Position numbers and translations under genes: made by a program. A stretch of 63,295 bases of DNA, counting the filler, from Choristocarpus tenellus KU-1152 (taxonomy: Eukaryota > Protista > Phaeophyceae), in the NCBI GenBank assembly GCA_964200185.2. It is 11 parts of 11 records of this genome, joined end to end, with 100 filler letters (N's around TTAATTAATTAA, not from the genome) between each part and the next. Parts side by side here need not be neighbours in the genome. Positions count along the whole stretch, not along the records: positions 36,352 to 41,602 come from CAXNAD020011351.1; positions 41,703 to 44,818 come from CAXNAD020022216.1; positions 44,919 to 57,249 come from CAXNAD020001870.1; 8 more parts are not named here. One strand, given 5' to 3'. Every line of letters starts with the position of its first letter. Position 1 is the stretch's first letter. Positions 38,237-51,970 of the stretch are shown piece by piece. Under the pieces are notes generated by a model. The model worked only from the letters and a program-made list of their open reading frames with translations, was not told where the DNA came from and did not search any database.

Positions 38237-41161
38237 GATACTTAACCCTCTAACCTTAACCCTCACACCAGGTATATCCTTGGAAGCATGGTGAATTTAT
38301 AGTTTACACTTAGGATTGGGATAGACACAAGCATGGTCACGGGCGTGTTTATAAAGTTCTCCCTGGGGTCACATAAACGCCTGCTTCACCTTTCACGAGA
38401 TCCAATGCAGTCTTCTCCCCCCCCCCCCACCCCCCTTTTGTTTTGCTGCATACTTAAATAGATAAGAGAGTTGTGCTATCCCAGCTTCTACAGGAGTCTC
38501 CTCTGGACAAGGGGTCAGTTGTGGTTTATGTATGGAGGCAGGTGACTGCGGAGGCTATGTCTGCTCTGCTGCAGGGCGATGGCCACAAAGCTGTGGCTTA
38601 CCATGGGGGCATGGAGGCAGGGGCGAGGCAGAATGCCCAGGTGTGTACAGGATGAGTCATGCCAAGATTGGAGGAGTAATAGCCAATGTACAAACAGCAA
38701 TATTTAGACCAATAGGATGCGTTTTCCCTGCAGTGTTCCTTAACCTGTCAATCTTGACAACAAGTAGACAACAAGTACAGTGTGTGCCCGAAGTCATTTC
38801 GAGGGAATGGGATTGGTAAGATAAAGATCAAATGTGATAATAGTGTCAATAGAAAGGAGGGAAGGAATGGGATTGGTAAGATAAAGATCAAATGTGATAC
38901 AGTATCAATAGGAAAGAGGGATGAAAAGGTGACGGTTCTTGTGGTTTAGTGTTACGTCTTTTCTATGGTTTATGTTTCATTTTTTGGTATGGTATGGGCA
39001 AGGTGAACCAAGAGAAGATGCAACGGCAGGTGAATATAGGGGAGTCGGTTGAGGTAGGTTGGCTTTATTGGGATGTTTGTGCCACTGGTACTAGGGTACG
39101 CTACACAAGGGTTGGCTTGCTAAGTGCCTTGAAGTACTGTTGTCTTACTACTAGTGCGACGTGGACATGTTGATTCTCACTGTGCACACAGGTCTCACAT
39201 AAGATCCCTCGCCCCTCACACGTGTTTGTTTTCTGTATCATGGAAGGCGTCCTTTATGCGCAGGAAGGCCAGAGTGGTGGTGGCCACTGTGGCATTTGGC
39301 TTGGGAGTAGACATGCGAGATATTCGAGGGGTGATTCACTTTGACATGCCAAAGAGCATTGAGAACTATGTCCAGGTACACTCCTGTGTTGCAGTGTTGC
39401 AGTAGATTCGTTTGTCGTGGGCGAGGAGACCACTCACGGGGGAACTACTTGGATGGGGGGCTGAGGGAGGAAGGGTGGCTTGACATGAAGTTTGAATCAA
39501 GGGTTGGGATGATGATGGGAATGTGGTACGTTGGCATGCTGATTGGATCCCATGGTATTTGGAAGGAGGACAGCAAAACCTTGAATGTACTTTGGAATGC
39601 AAGGGTGGTACGGTAGGGTTGCTCATCAAAATCTCTTCGGATTAAAGGAAACAGTTGAAAGTGCTTGGCTGAATAGAATTAGCTACGATGACAATCTCAA
39701 GGATGGGGAGTGTTAAGAGAACAAGCACTGCAAGGAAAAAAGAAGAAAAAAATGTACCCGAGCTTGCGGCGTGCATACGTACACATGCGGAAAGCAACCG
39801 ACCAATGGAATCATAGCAATGCAGTATGTACAGTTCACAGCTCTAAATAGCACGCATTGGTAAGAAGAGTCAGTAATGTGGGACTCAATTGCAAGACTGC
39901 CAGAGCCCACAGAAGGGAACTATGCTTAGCACATGTGTGTGTGTGTAAGTACTTGGTAATCAAGAATGTCTTACGGGTACAAAAATACCCACGCATGGGT
40001 TTGCAAAGGCGTGTGTGGAATCTTGATGACTCAGAAACTTTCGAACAACCAACTGGAAGAAGAGGGTTATAGTAAGGCACGTGCTCACATCCCTCCTCCA
40101 TATACAAAACCCCGGCAGGAAATTGGACGTGCAGGACGGGATGGACGGACCGCCCATTGTGCTCTTCTCCTATGCGACAGAGATTTCATTGTCCACCACA
40201 GCCTTGCCCATTCGTGTGGACTTGAACTTGTCCAGGTACCTACAGTGTCTATCTCGCTTGCTAACATGCATGTACTCCCAATAGTTGACAAAGCTTATTG
40301 ATCGCTATTCCTTGCCTCCTGCTCCCAGACTGTGCTGAACCGCGTTGAGTGTTGCAGTTGGCGGCATCAGGTATTGCTGTACCTTTTCTGTACATGCACT
40401 AATCTATATAATAATAATATTGTACCTAATTCTATAGTATGATTTTTTTTTAAACGCTCGGTTGTGGGGTGCCAGCATGCCACCTTCCTCCATTTACGAA
40501 AACCCTCCAAGGTCTCTTGGCTGTTCTGGTCTCCTTGTTCCATTCACCGTGCTATTGCAAAGAAGTATGCTTGAGAAGGCAACTCTCTTAGGCAGATCAG
40601 ATCTGTACATAACGAGTTGATTCACTTCCTACCACTGCAACTGATTCACGCCTCTTGGGAAATCGCTTTGGTCATATTTACACTCCTTGCTTTTGACACT
40701 CTCTTTTCACACTACTCCAACTGACGCCTAAATCAAAAGTCCTCAACCATAGAGTCAACAATACATTCATTTGTTGCTCCTCAGTATACCTTGCTGAGAT
40801 CAAAATGACCCTCTGCTATTCCCAAAGTTATCCTTCCACCACAATCTCTAGCACTAGATTACCCTAACCCTAACTTGAGCCCTGCACTTGTACCTTCTAC
40901 CTCCTGAAAGGTACGGGGTCTCCTTCGAGCCCTAGTCCGAGGGACAGAACCACCTCCACCACAGCAGGCTAAAGTGGGTACGGGTGTTCACAATGCTGTT
41001 GAAGGCGTTGGCCTTGGTGATGATGAGGAGTTGTTTGGAGGTGATGTTAGGGGTGGTGGTAAGCAGATGGCACTGCCAATAGCAGATGTGGAAATGAAAC
41101 TGGACATGAAGGGGGAGGGGGCGGAGACCATCATCTCAGTACTTGAAGGGGAACCCTACAG
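36614..41161 (+). CDS. RECQL4: RecQ-family DNA helicase, RECQL4-like, partial
   Basis: Exons 36614-36784, 37514-37676, 38462-38640, 39247-39375, 40119-40235 and 40911-41161. Motifs: [85 protein letters not shown] resembles the region that follows the helicase core in RECQL4. Confidence 0.9.
37845..37940. repeat. (GCTT)n microsatellite, intronic
   Basis: Perfect tetranucleotide run, the source of the LACL and ASKQ ORFs. Confidence 0.97.
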
Positions 41162-41702
41162 GTGAATGAAGCAAGCATGCTTTTCATTTTTTTCACATCA
41201 TGTATGAATGACCCTTTCAACTCAAGTTTTTATTTTATCCTCATCCCAAATCCACTTGGGAGGTTGTATGTAGGTGATTGTCCGTCAGATATCAATGGAG
41301 AGTGCATCTGCATATTGGGATCATTCCACAAAACAACCAAGAGTTCTTGCTTTACTCCATTCCCCAGTCCTTATTCTCATTGTTTTGTGGTCGAAGTTTG
41401 TGACCTCACCCACCCCCCACCCCTCTGACCATTATTTCCTCTGGCATTACAACCAATGTCAACCCTTACCTCAAGTTATACTTCATACTACAATGGCCTT
41501 ATCTCATCATTTTTCCCCTCAGAAGCTATCGCTAGGTGTACCACGCATCACACACCCCTCCCCTCCTTCAGCACTGACAACCAATACTTCACCGTGTTGT
41601 AGNNNNNNNNNNNNNNNNNNNNNNNNNNNNNNNNNNNNNNNNNNNNTTAATTAATTAANNNNNNNNNNNNNNNNNNNNNNNNNNNNNNNNNNNNNNNNNN
41701 NN

Positions 41703-44700
41703 CAGGTCGAGATCTCGGGATAGGCACTCCCATTGAAATGAGCGGAGGACCAAAGAAGAGCACAGCGGCCGCACCCGTTCACCTGGACGCCTCCATCGGA
41801 CCAGATATCCTTCTCCAAACAGGTCGGTATCACCCAGGTTATCTCGGAGGAATAGCCTGAGTACGGTACGTCAGGCCAGAAAAGTCGAAGTACAATTGTA
41901 ACGAGGATTCATGAGTTACATAAACAAACTGAGTCGAAGGAGTCACAATTCAGTAGGCAACAGCAGGACAGAACCTCTCGCAACGTTGACATGTGTTATC
42001 ACCAAGACTGTGTCAAAGCCATGGAATACATTCATAAGAAACTAGGAAACCCAGCCAATGGCCCCATTTTTCTTGGAGTACCTGCAGACTCCTCCGCCCC
42101 AACTAAATCAAACAACCCAGTTTTCTTCGCTGATGCTCTTACCAAGGCCTTAGGGAGGGTTCAAGGAGGATTGTGGGCCTTACCTAAAACCATGCCTACT
42201 ATCGTAATACATCACGTCCACGTAGTGATGCCCTTACCCCTTTCCACATTGAGCTTCCTGAGCAACTACTGTCTGACTCTCTCAGGACTCACAGCGATCT
42301 CCTGAGTGACTCCTTTATAGTAGAACATAGCAGGACATCCTTGTCAAGCGAAGTGCTAAGCCAGAACCCACCGCCACACCAAGAGGTGGTCAACAGTGTG
42401 CTGGCGGCCCTCGCGCCGATGCTCCAACCTGTTTTGTCCCAAATTTCCCCGCCCACCGTTTGTGCTGCCTTGACAAACCAGCCCGCTTCTGTTCCTGGGA
42501 AGTACAGGACCTCGTTCGTCGCTAAGATCAATGTATCCACGCCCGTCCGACCAGTAACACCCACCGCCCAGTCTGCACCTCGATCCACGTCTTCTTTAGC
42601 CCCAGACAGAACGAGTGACGCAGGTCGACACTTTCAGGTAAGGATTTACCTTCACCATCGGCTTCTCAAGATGAGGTTGTCGAATGGCTCAAGACACATC
42701 GAGTTTGCTTCCATCGTGCTTTCGGCCGCGACTGCTTCAAGTCTATCAGCCGCAGGTGCAGGTATACCCACGACGACTCCATAGTACTTAAAGGCTACTT
42801 CACATACCTATCCCAAGGCAAGCAGAGTACTACCCCAGCGCACGAGCCGCACACAATGGTAGCCTTGACAGACTCCCATCTGCATTACCTCGCCGCAATG
42901 CAAGACTTTGAGTTTCCACCACTAACTGCAAGCAGTCCGACCGATAGTGAAGCGTCGGATTTGCCCAGAAGGTGCGCTCTGGAGCCTTCAGCTCCAGGGT
43001 ACTTAGCTACTGTAGCCATAAGAAGCATGACTCCCACACCTACTTCTTCAACAATATTCGCTATCTCACATGCCCAACGAACTAGTCAAGTATGGATATC
43101 TGCGCTGTTGTGGCATCCTCACAAAGTTCGCTCGCGAATGCCTGTGCAGATACTCCTTGACACAGATGCAGGAGGTGGGAACTACATTTCGTCTGCTTTT
43201 TAGCGCAGTACTACCCTCTGGGGAGGTAGCACCGGCCTACCACACACCTCAACCGGGCAGGTAAAGGCACATTGCAAGCAGCAAATCCGAAAGGACACAA
43301 TATTCTACCAATGCAGGTAATAGGATCTTGCATACTACTAATATTATTTCCCCCAGAGGATAGAGTCCGCAATATAACTTGCAGAGAAGTAGAAGGCGTA
43401 CCATATGGGATGGTTCTGGGAGCAGCATTCTGTAGGCAACACAAGAGCATACTGCCATTTAGAGAGGGGGAAGGTTTCCGACCAGCCCCACACTCACCAT
43501 GGATACTTTTTTTCCGAGCTGTGACACCCAGACCTCGTGATAACAGTATACCCCTGTCAGCTCTAGAAGGAAGGCAAGCATCAGCAACACCCACAATCCG
43601 ACCGTCCAAGTACCACAGATTGCCTCTTAATCTCCCCAGAACAGCTGGATGTAGAGAACCCCCTCCTGACACACTTTCTAGGTCCCCAAGATGCGCTAGT
43701 ACTCCAACTGATGGACATACGCAACCAGGGAAGAAATTGCAAGTTTTTTTTGTAGACCCAGGAGCAAGTACCTCAGATGCGGATCTAGAAGTAGGTATTG
43801 CAGCAATAGGCTTTACCCAAGACAAGGATCATCTATCCCCATCACTGGAGAATCCAGGTCCAATGCCCCTCCCAGCAGAGGTAGTATGGGAGGATGATGG
43901 GACTCTACAGTGGGAACTACGTCTATCAGAAGTAGAAAATGTAGAAGGGTTTGTCAGCAAGATTTGCAAAGACCCAAAGTATCTGTGGGGGAGGGGGGGT
44001 CTACACCAGGGTGTCCTTTTGCCCAAAATCAGGAAAAGTGCATTTACATTATCCATCCGACGTATGCAACCAAATCACCCAATAATCGCGACATAAAAAA
44101 TTGGCCGTAAATGGAGAGCCGTCACCCCCCCCCCCAGATACTTTGAGCCAAAGAATTCTGTAAGGGGGCACAACCACAGCCCAAACAGCTAGTGGTCGTT
44201 GAGCCCTTATCTGAGTATAACTTGGCACTTGGAAATGCTGTCGGAATTGTCAGAGAGGTGTACAATGGTGGAACCAAGGAACCCCCATATATTGCAAACT
44301 GGTAAACACATGCAGCAAACCCAGTAGTGTCCAAGCAGGGCTGCCAGTTGCCAAGGCAATCGTCTAAATACTCAAGATACAGAAAGGATGATTGCACTCT
44401 TCAAAACACTAACCACACACCCCAAGAGTACAGGTCCAGCCTGCTACTGCTAGGTCCCAATCCAGTCGCTCCTCTGAACCAGATCATACCAGTAACTGTT
44501 TGGTGGAAGAGAGAAGCGACACTCCTTCAGAAGAAGCGATGGGGATCCAGCATCAAGCGGGGAGCCTTGGCGATGCCAATATGGGACAGCTGATACCAAG
44601 TAAGAAAGAACGGTTGGTAAAATTGCTAGAGGAATTTAGGAATCTAGGAGTATTCCCCGAAGATACTAAGCGAGTTCCCCCATGCTCTAGAGGAGTACTA

Positions 44701-44749
44701 CATATACCACTCATAAATGAAAACTGCACTCCTTACGCAGCGAAACAGA
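41703..44749 (+). mobile_element. Degenerate Gypsy (Ty3)-like LTR retrotransposon gag-pol fragment
   Basis: Aspartic protease motif VQILLDTDAGGGNYIS (DTG changed to DTD, followed by a stop at 43201), then VEGVPYGMVLGAAFCRQH. The RT N-terminus ERLVKLLEEFRNLGVFPED...LHIPLINENCTPYAAKQ follows the protease directly, which is Gypsy order. Contains frameshifts and two MITE insertions. Confidence 0.85.
43971..44149. mobile_element. MITE-like family A, complete copy (179 bp) within Gypsy pol
   Basis: GACCCAAAGTATCTG...CCCCCAGATACTTTGAGCC, flanked by AAA on both sides and inverted relative to the 30164 copy. Confidence 0.9.
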
Positions 44750-44818
44750 GTCTCAAAGTATCCGGGAGGGGGTAGCGGATGTCCAATTGGGGTCAATTTT
44801 TTCGTGTCATGATTTTTG
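44750..44818. mobile_element. MITE-like family A, truncated at the contig end
   Basis: GTCTCAAAGTATCCGGGAGGGGG...GTCCAATTGGGGTCAATTTTTT interrupts the RT reading frame. Confidence 0.8.
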
Positions 44819-45007
44819 NNNNNNNNNNNNNNNNNNNNNNNNNNNNNNNNNNNNNNNNNNNNTTAATTAATTAANNNNNNNNNNNNNNNNNNNNNNNNNN
44901 NNNNNNNNNNNNNNNNNNCCCCCCAACTATACAACTGGAGCTTTTTTCCACCTCATCCCTGAAGTCATGTAACCCTTTGGGATGTGTACTCTCTTTGTCC
45001 TCTGCAG

Positions 45008-48000
45008 TACTGGCTTGGAGGATCGCCTGAGAATGTTGAAAGTCTCTTGCTCAACCTTGCACGTGCTTACGTCCCAGATGTGACCAAACAGGCCAACGTC
45101 AAGGACACGGTATGTTTTCACAACCACACCTAGCTGTGGCCCATGTGTGGACTTTTTTGTGATGTTTATTATGTTGCATGTATGTGTGGTCATCTGCAGC
45201 ATTCGTTTTTTTGGAGGTTTTTCTGCCTGGTGTCACAGTGAACAGTTCTTAGCAGTGCCTTTGGATACGCGTTTGTTTTTTTTTAATATTTTTTGTTTAA
45301 GTTGTACGGTAATGTTCAGGAGGTATTCTGCCTACAAATTGTATTTTTTAAGTGTATGGATAACGACAATCAGGTTGACCTTCGACAAACTTCATCACAA
45401 GTGGCATCCGCTGACTTACTCTTGTCCAATTCTTCTTCAATTTTCAATAGTCATTGTCAAGGTGACAACTCTTTCCTTTTCAGTTAACTCTTGCAATTCC
45501 CACTAAGGAGAAATCTCAGTTAACTCTGAAGCAGTTTTGTGTCGCTAGTGTCAATGCATCTTTTTCTTTCTTTTCACTCTCCTGATTTTTTTAAATTCCT
45601 TTTCCTCCTTTGTTTCAGGACATTGTGGAGCCAGTTCTTCTCCCAGACAAGGGTATATGGCACCCTGTAGCGGACAGGGTATTTGAGTCTGCTAGCGACT
45701 ACCTGGCATGGTACAACCAGGTGAGGATTTGTTCTTCCCAGAAAAAAAAATTCTTGTTTTTGATTTTGATAAAAAAATATTGTATGATTTTCTTTTTTTC
45801 TAATGTCTGAGTATGGAGAGAGTTAATCACTCTTTGGTGGCATCATCTCTGTGGAACTGCATTAACTTTGTGTGTGTGTAACAACAAACTTGGGATATGC
45901 CTTTCATTTGTACTCCACTATAGCCCTGGTTTCTCTTAACCCCTCTCCCACCCTCCCTTCTGTGTGAAAGGAACATGTCCCAGCAGCAGAGATTGCCCCA
46001 GATGCCCCGACAGTGGGACTGATCCTTCAAAAGAGCCACATCAACACCAAGGATGAGTGCCACTACGTTGCACTCATAGCTGAGATAGAGGCTCGTGGGG
46101 CAAAGGTGGGTAGATTTCTTATCAAGAGTAAAGGTCGGCTGACTCATCGAGATCATACTGATGTTCTTGTAGAGTTTTCCATCTTAGAGTTTGCATTTAT
46201 GGACTACAGACAGACAGATATAAAGAACCAGTCCTGTCCTGGCAAATTTGTTCCAAGAACAGTATCAACACCAACAATAAATTCAATTGAGGAGTAATCA
46301 ACATTTTAATCAATTCAAATTCAAAAGACCGTAGAGATAATGGGAGCTGGTGGAACAGTGTAAGACAGGCGAAAGGAAATGATGTATGGTATTTAAAAAT
46401 ACAATTAAAAAAACAATGTCACCGGTATGTGTCAGTCAATTGTACACCTTACAGTGTCACAGTGATACACTAGACCCTCTATAGTTGTTGATCTGAATAT
46501 CTGTTATGTCTTAGAAATTGTTTTTAGTTGTGGTGCCGATATTTAGTTGCTTATACTGTAACTAACACCACAAATACTGTGTTTTATTCCTGTTGCTTGT
46601 ACTGTGATAATGTTCTGTGTCTTGTTACTGTGTCATGTTCCTGCCTGGTGTGATGTCCATGTGTGGGTAGGTGATGACCCTGTACACAGGTGGCCTCGAC
46701 TTCTCTGGACCAGTGGAAGAGTACTTCATCCAGGGAGGCAAGACAATTGTGGACACCGTGATCAACCTTACCGGCTTTGCTCTTGTTGGTGGCCCAGCCA
46801 GTCAGGTTGGTCTATCCCGTGATTTGCAGTCTTTTTCATACACAATAATGTGGATTTGTGTAATTCAAAAGAGTTTTCATGTGGTAAAAGGGAAAGGGTG
46901 AGGATGAGTACCTGGTGTTGTTGAGGTAAAAGGGGTTGATAGGTAGCTCACGTTTTGAGAGGTTTAGTGGAAAAGTGTTGTGAGTAGAAAAGAGTAAGAA
47001 GTGATCATCATCAGTCAGTAGTGGTGACAATTGTATTTTGATGAAGGGGTGCCCCTTGCATCTTACATCAGTATCCTATTTTTGCACTCCTTCATTGATT
47101 TGTATCATTCATTGATTTGTATCATTCATTGATTTGTAACACTAGTTACGTCCGTCATTGGTACAATTGACACTAATAATACCATCATTGTGCATGTTGC
47201 GAGGGTCTCCTTCGTGAGTCTTCCCTTATCCTTACAGCGCCTTCCCTTTTGATCTACAACTGAGTTGCAGCATGGTTTTGACCTCCAGATGTATTTAAAC
47301 CAAATTCTTTTGCCTGTCTCATTTTGCAGGATCACAAGAAGGCAGTGTCTGTCCTCTCCAAACTTAACCGACCATACTTGTGCACAGTGCCACTGGTCTT
47401 CCAATCCTTTGAGGAGTGGCAGGCGTCAGAGCTTGGACTGCACCCTATTCAAGTGGCACTGCAGGTAATGTCTTGGCACAAACCTTGAAGAAAAATAGGT
47501 GAATTGCATGAGGGATTACACTTACCGAGCAGAAGAGGACAAGAGTGGACATTTTCTCTTCATCCTAATTGTGTTCATTGACATCCTATTCTAATTATTG
47601 ACATCCTATTCTGTTTATTGATATTCCACTGTGTTTTGACATCTTGAGTATGTCTCTTGTCATCCAAATTGTGTTTACTGACATCCGAAGTGTGTTTCTT
47701 GTCATCCAAATTGTGTTACTCAGTGTGTTAAAACAACTTAGTGCATGTTACCTTGAGGATAGGGCACACATCAGTAGAGCTGGTGTGTCTTGCTCATGTC
47801 AGTCCCCTTTGAAAGTACTCCTTATCGTAGGCAATCATTGCGGTACCTCAGTATTGAATTGAAGACTTTGCGTGCCTTGTTGTTAAGGTGTCACTGCCTG
47901 AGATTGATGGTGCCATTGAACCCATAATATACGCTGGTCGTGAGGGTGCCACAGGGCGTTCTATTCCCTTGGCGGACAGGGTACACCTTGTTGCAGACAG

Positions 48001-48010
48001 AGCCTTGAAG
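45008..48010 (+). CDS. chlH: Magnesium chelatase subunit H, internal part
   Basis: Phase-0 exons 45008-45109, 45619-45720, 45971-46105, 46671-46805, 47330-47464 and 47888-48010. Motifs: [57 protein letters not shown]...[24 protein letters not shown]. Confidence 0.95.
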
Positions 48011-49891
48011 GTAAGAGAGACGAGAGATGTGGGGGGGGAGGGGGATGCCCTTCCATGTGCTTGTGTTAGTCATTTCTTGCCTTGCTTAAATTATATTTTA
48101 TAATGCAATGTTTTATTGAAGTTGTAAGTTGTAGGATGTTGAATCACCCTTTCACCGAAGCTAGTTAGAGTATCGCATCAAGTAGGTTGGTGCTTTGAAG
48201 GGTCTACTTTGAAGGTTGAAGCATTAGAGTGATGTTCTCCACCTATTTTTTTTATTACATAGTTTTTCTGAACAATTGGAGTCCGCCACAGTAGTGAAAA
48301 ATCAACGGCCCTTCAACCTCATTCATTAGTAGTGTTCACACTGTTGTGGATAAACACAAGAAGTTCTCACCCAAGATCCATTCCCAATACTCTGATACTC
48401 TGATCTTGAAGTATACGGGTTCTCCCCTTGGAGTGAAAATACTTCCCCATTACTAACGAAACAGGAGATTTAGCAAAATATATAGGTAGTTTGTATCTTG
48501 TCCACAAGTCTGTAAGGTAGAGATCGTGAGAGCTGTCTGAGGTAAGAGTAGGCAAACGAGCACATTCCCCTCCGAAAGAAATGATCCGTATTTGGGAGGT
48601 GGCAGGATGGCATGAGACTCCATTTGATACATGTTGTCATTCACTAGAAGGCTGATAATAAAGCTGTCTCGTTTTGCTGTGGAGCAATCAGTGGTGTATT
48701 TTGAAACACAGCATAACCTAGGGGTGATCTTCACATACAGTAAATATGTAGTCTTACTACACCTGGATAGATTGTATTGAGGGAGGCATGTAGAAGGAGG
48801 TAATTCGGCTAAGGAGGTGAGGCGTTGAGGACGAGTGATTGGCACCGAAACCTCAAGGCATAAATAGGAGTTTCCACAACTTCTCTATGAGACAAGAGTG
48901 TGGTGGTTGGGTAAGTCAGCTGGTGGAAGGGTGATTTATGGAGTACATATAACGGCAAGTTTGGATGAAGCGCTAATTGTTGACTCTGAACATTTATTTG
49001 AAGAAGTGCATAGATCCCTGCGTTAGTTGGTTGTGCCGTGCATAGGGTGATCTTGGATCGATTGTTACCCCGTAAAGTTTGTCATCCAACCCTTGAATAT
49101 TCTGTGTAGCTCAAGGTAGTTGAATTTGGTGTGTTGCCAATCGGTCAAACGTTGGATGTGAGGGGCACGGAGATAGAAAGAGGGAGAGGTTGTACACGTG
49201 CAGTCTTGTTTTAATCCGGTGTGGTGTGTTGTGGGTATCTCATGCCCCACCTGATAGCCTTGATGCAAGGATCATGTAATGACTGACGCGTCAAGTGTGT
49301 CGAGTATCTATCAAGTCATTGTGTTATTGAGACCAAATGAATATAAATAATGCTTTTTGAACAGTTGCAGTTACTTCTTGGCAAGAGGAGAAGGGACTTG
49401 CACATGCCACCTTGGCAGACGTGTATTCCCCTCTTGGAGTCAATGTTTTGGTCCGTGACAAAGGGGTGTGGGTGGTGGAGCACATGTGATGTGGAGACAG
49501 ACCTGGTCTTGATAAAGTTTGCGCACCCTACAGTTTTCATTCGGGCATAGTACAGTGACAGCATCTGTGCATGACCTGCAATAGAGCCAACCTCTATGTG
49601 ATAAGGAGATCTTTGCTGCAGTGTGGTATATCATACACTCATACTAAAAACACCACTCTGAGTGAGTTGAGGTTTGAGTTCATCCTTCATGGCATAGAAA
49701 TATTGGTAGTGCGTGTCCACAATACAGGGTACCAGTGCCATGGGCAAAGTAGTGTTGAGAGAGCAATGATATGAATTGCAGCTGATCTCTGTCAACTCAA
49801 GCACCAGTTTGGTGGCTGTCTTTGTCATCACTTCCCACCTTCCCCGTGATGCCCATCTTTCCCTGACCTTGACTTTTGTTTATATCCTCAG

Positions 49892-50930
49892 GCTGGTGAG
49901 CCAGGAGGAGGAGCTGAGGGTGGCTGCAGAGGCTCTGGTAAGACAGGAGGAAGTTTCTGCACTCCGAGAGGTGAGAGCAGATTGAACTAATTTCCCTTCT
50001 CCCCCCCCTTCCCATTCTTTGTTCACCTGGCCTTTTCTTGTCAAGAGCGATTTTGATACGATCAAATATTAAAAAAAAATCTGTATGTAATATGCTCCAG
50101 AGTGTATTGTGCGCTAGAAGGGTCAAGGGACGTTACAGGGTGATTGCATCTTACAGGCTCAATGCAGCATCATGCTAGGCCATACTTCTGGTGCACACAC
50201 TGATGGTTTGTATCAACTCACAAGTAATGAAAGTGAAGAGAATAGAGCTAGGTAAAATTTTGCCACCTCACCACTATAATATTTTCCTGGACCCCACATG
50301 CCATCACCCCTTCCGCTGCCCACCCAACCCTTCTCCCACTCTGCAAATGCCTTGGTTTCTCTTGTCCTGCGATAAAATATTTACCATGCCTACACAGCAA
50401 TCTCTCATGCTCGAGATTGATGAGCACCGCCTTTTGCGGGAACAAGAGAGGAGGTCCTTTTGTGCACAGATTGCCGCTGCCACGGAGACTGCCAAAATGG
50501 AGAGGGAGGAGATGGAGGAGGTGAGGCCTTTGTCGGCTTACAGGGGGGGAGGTGGAGGGTGAAGTGTAGTGGGAGGGAGGGAGGGAGGGAGGGAGGGAGG
50601 GAGGCGGGGATGCAGAGATGGAAAATAACAGCATGCTATTATTCTACATGAAAAATACCGTTGGCCTCCACTTGAAAGTTGTATTATTGTTTGTTTGTCT
50701 TTGCACCCTCTTACTCGAGAGAAACGTGCCCTGCGTCTCCCCCCTACTTCCTCTGCCCCGGACTTGGTTTTCCTTGATGATACCTCTAGATGATGAGGAT
50801 ACAAACGTTAGCATTGGAAGTATTGCTGAAGGAAAAGGAGGACACTGTCCGGGAGATCACAGCAGAAAAGGACAGACTCCTCAAACATCTAGTCGCTTTA
50901 CCCTCTGTCCAGGATCGCGCACCACAAGAG
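49892..50930 (+). CDS. Internal exons of a coiled-coil protein of unknown function
   Basis: Exons 49892-49970, 50398-50520 and 50790-50930 have good splice sites and join in frame: LVSQEEELRVAAEALVRQEEVSALRE-QSLMLEIDEHRLLREQERR...MEE-MMRIQTLALEVLLKEKEDTVREITAEKDRLLKHL. Confidence 0.7.
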
Positions 50931-51445
50931 GTTTGACTGATCCTGCAAGGGTTGGGACACAAGAGGAATACCGAGTGACGAGCAAACAGTACCGATGATG
51001 TTTTTATGGAACAGCGCCCCACCTGCTTTCCATTGTTCATAACATCCTCTGGATCACGGGCTTACTCGCACCATCGAATGTGTACTCAAGTTTAGAGGGG
51101 CACAACGCAACCTGTTGAAGTACTGTGGGTCATCATTTTTGTGCACTCATTTATATTGTTCTCTTACAGCTCTAGTTGCATTCGGGCAAACAAACAGCCC
51201 ATTTCGTTTGCAGGATGATGAGGTATTGGACATACTCTCTTCTTCCTACTGTCTCATTTACATCACACACACAAAATTCCGCTAAGCAAAGACGAGAGAG
51301 GCCATGGAAAGCGAACCCATTCGTCATCCAGTTGATGCATGTCCTCATTGCAGTAGACTAGTGCAGATCAGTAGCTGCATTTCTGCTACGATTTTGGAAG
51401 TCTGCCATACAGTGGAAGTAACAGTTTTGGTATGTATACCCACCG

Positions 51446-51705
51446 GAGTGAAAGTATGTTAGAGGGTACGAGTTTAGCCCTGTTTGTTCATTTGGGGCTT
51501 GGCTTCCCTCGGGGGGGTTTTATGACATTTTCCTACTCCAAAATATTTCGGAGTAGGTGAAATGTATACGTTATGAAAAGGTGTGTCCGTAACAAGGATA
51601 TTGACACTTCCTAACAAACACGATGGCCAAAATTACATCAAAATCGCAACAATGGATTTTGGGCCCCAAATGGACGCCACTCTACCCTCGAAGATACTTT
51701 GGCTC
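51446..51705. mobile_element. MITE-like family B, complete copy (260 bp)
   Basis: Ends GAGTGAAAGTATGTTAGAGGGTA and TACCCTCGAAGATACTTTGGCTC form an imperfect inverted repeat. The flanks are ACCG and ACCT. Confidence 0.8.
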
Positions 51706-51783
51706 ACCTGCATCCTCCCTCTCTATCGCTGGAGGGATTTATAGGTCTAGGCCTTTGACTTGAGTTGGGACTGATGCGTATCA

Positions 51784-51970
51784 GACTCAAAGTATCTGCG
51801 GGGGGTGGTGGCTGTCCATTTTGGGCCAATGTTTTCATGTTGAGAGTTTTGAGTGATTAGGTTGCATTCATCATCGGATGGATAATATAAGTACACTTTT
51901 CCTGGTTATGATCCAAATGGACACCCTGGCGTAGACCCTCCCCCCCACCCCTCTCCAGATACTTTGGGTC
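51784..51970. mobile_element. MITE-like family A, complete copy (187 bp)
   Basis: GACTCAAAGTATCTG...CAGATACTTTGGGTC, flanked by ATCA on both sides. Confidence 0.9.
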
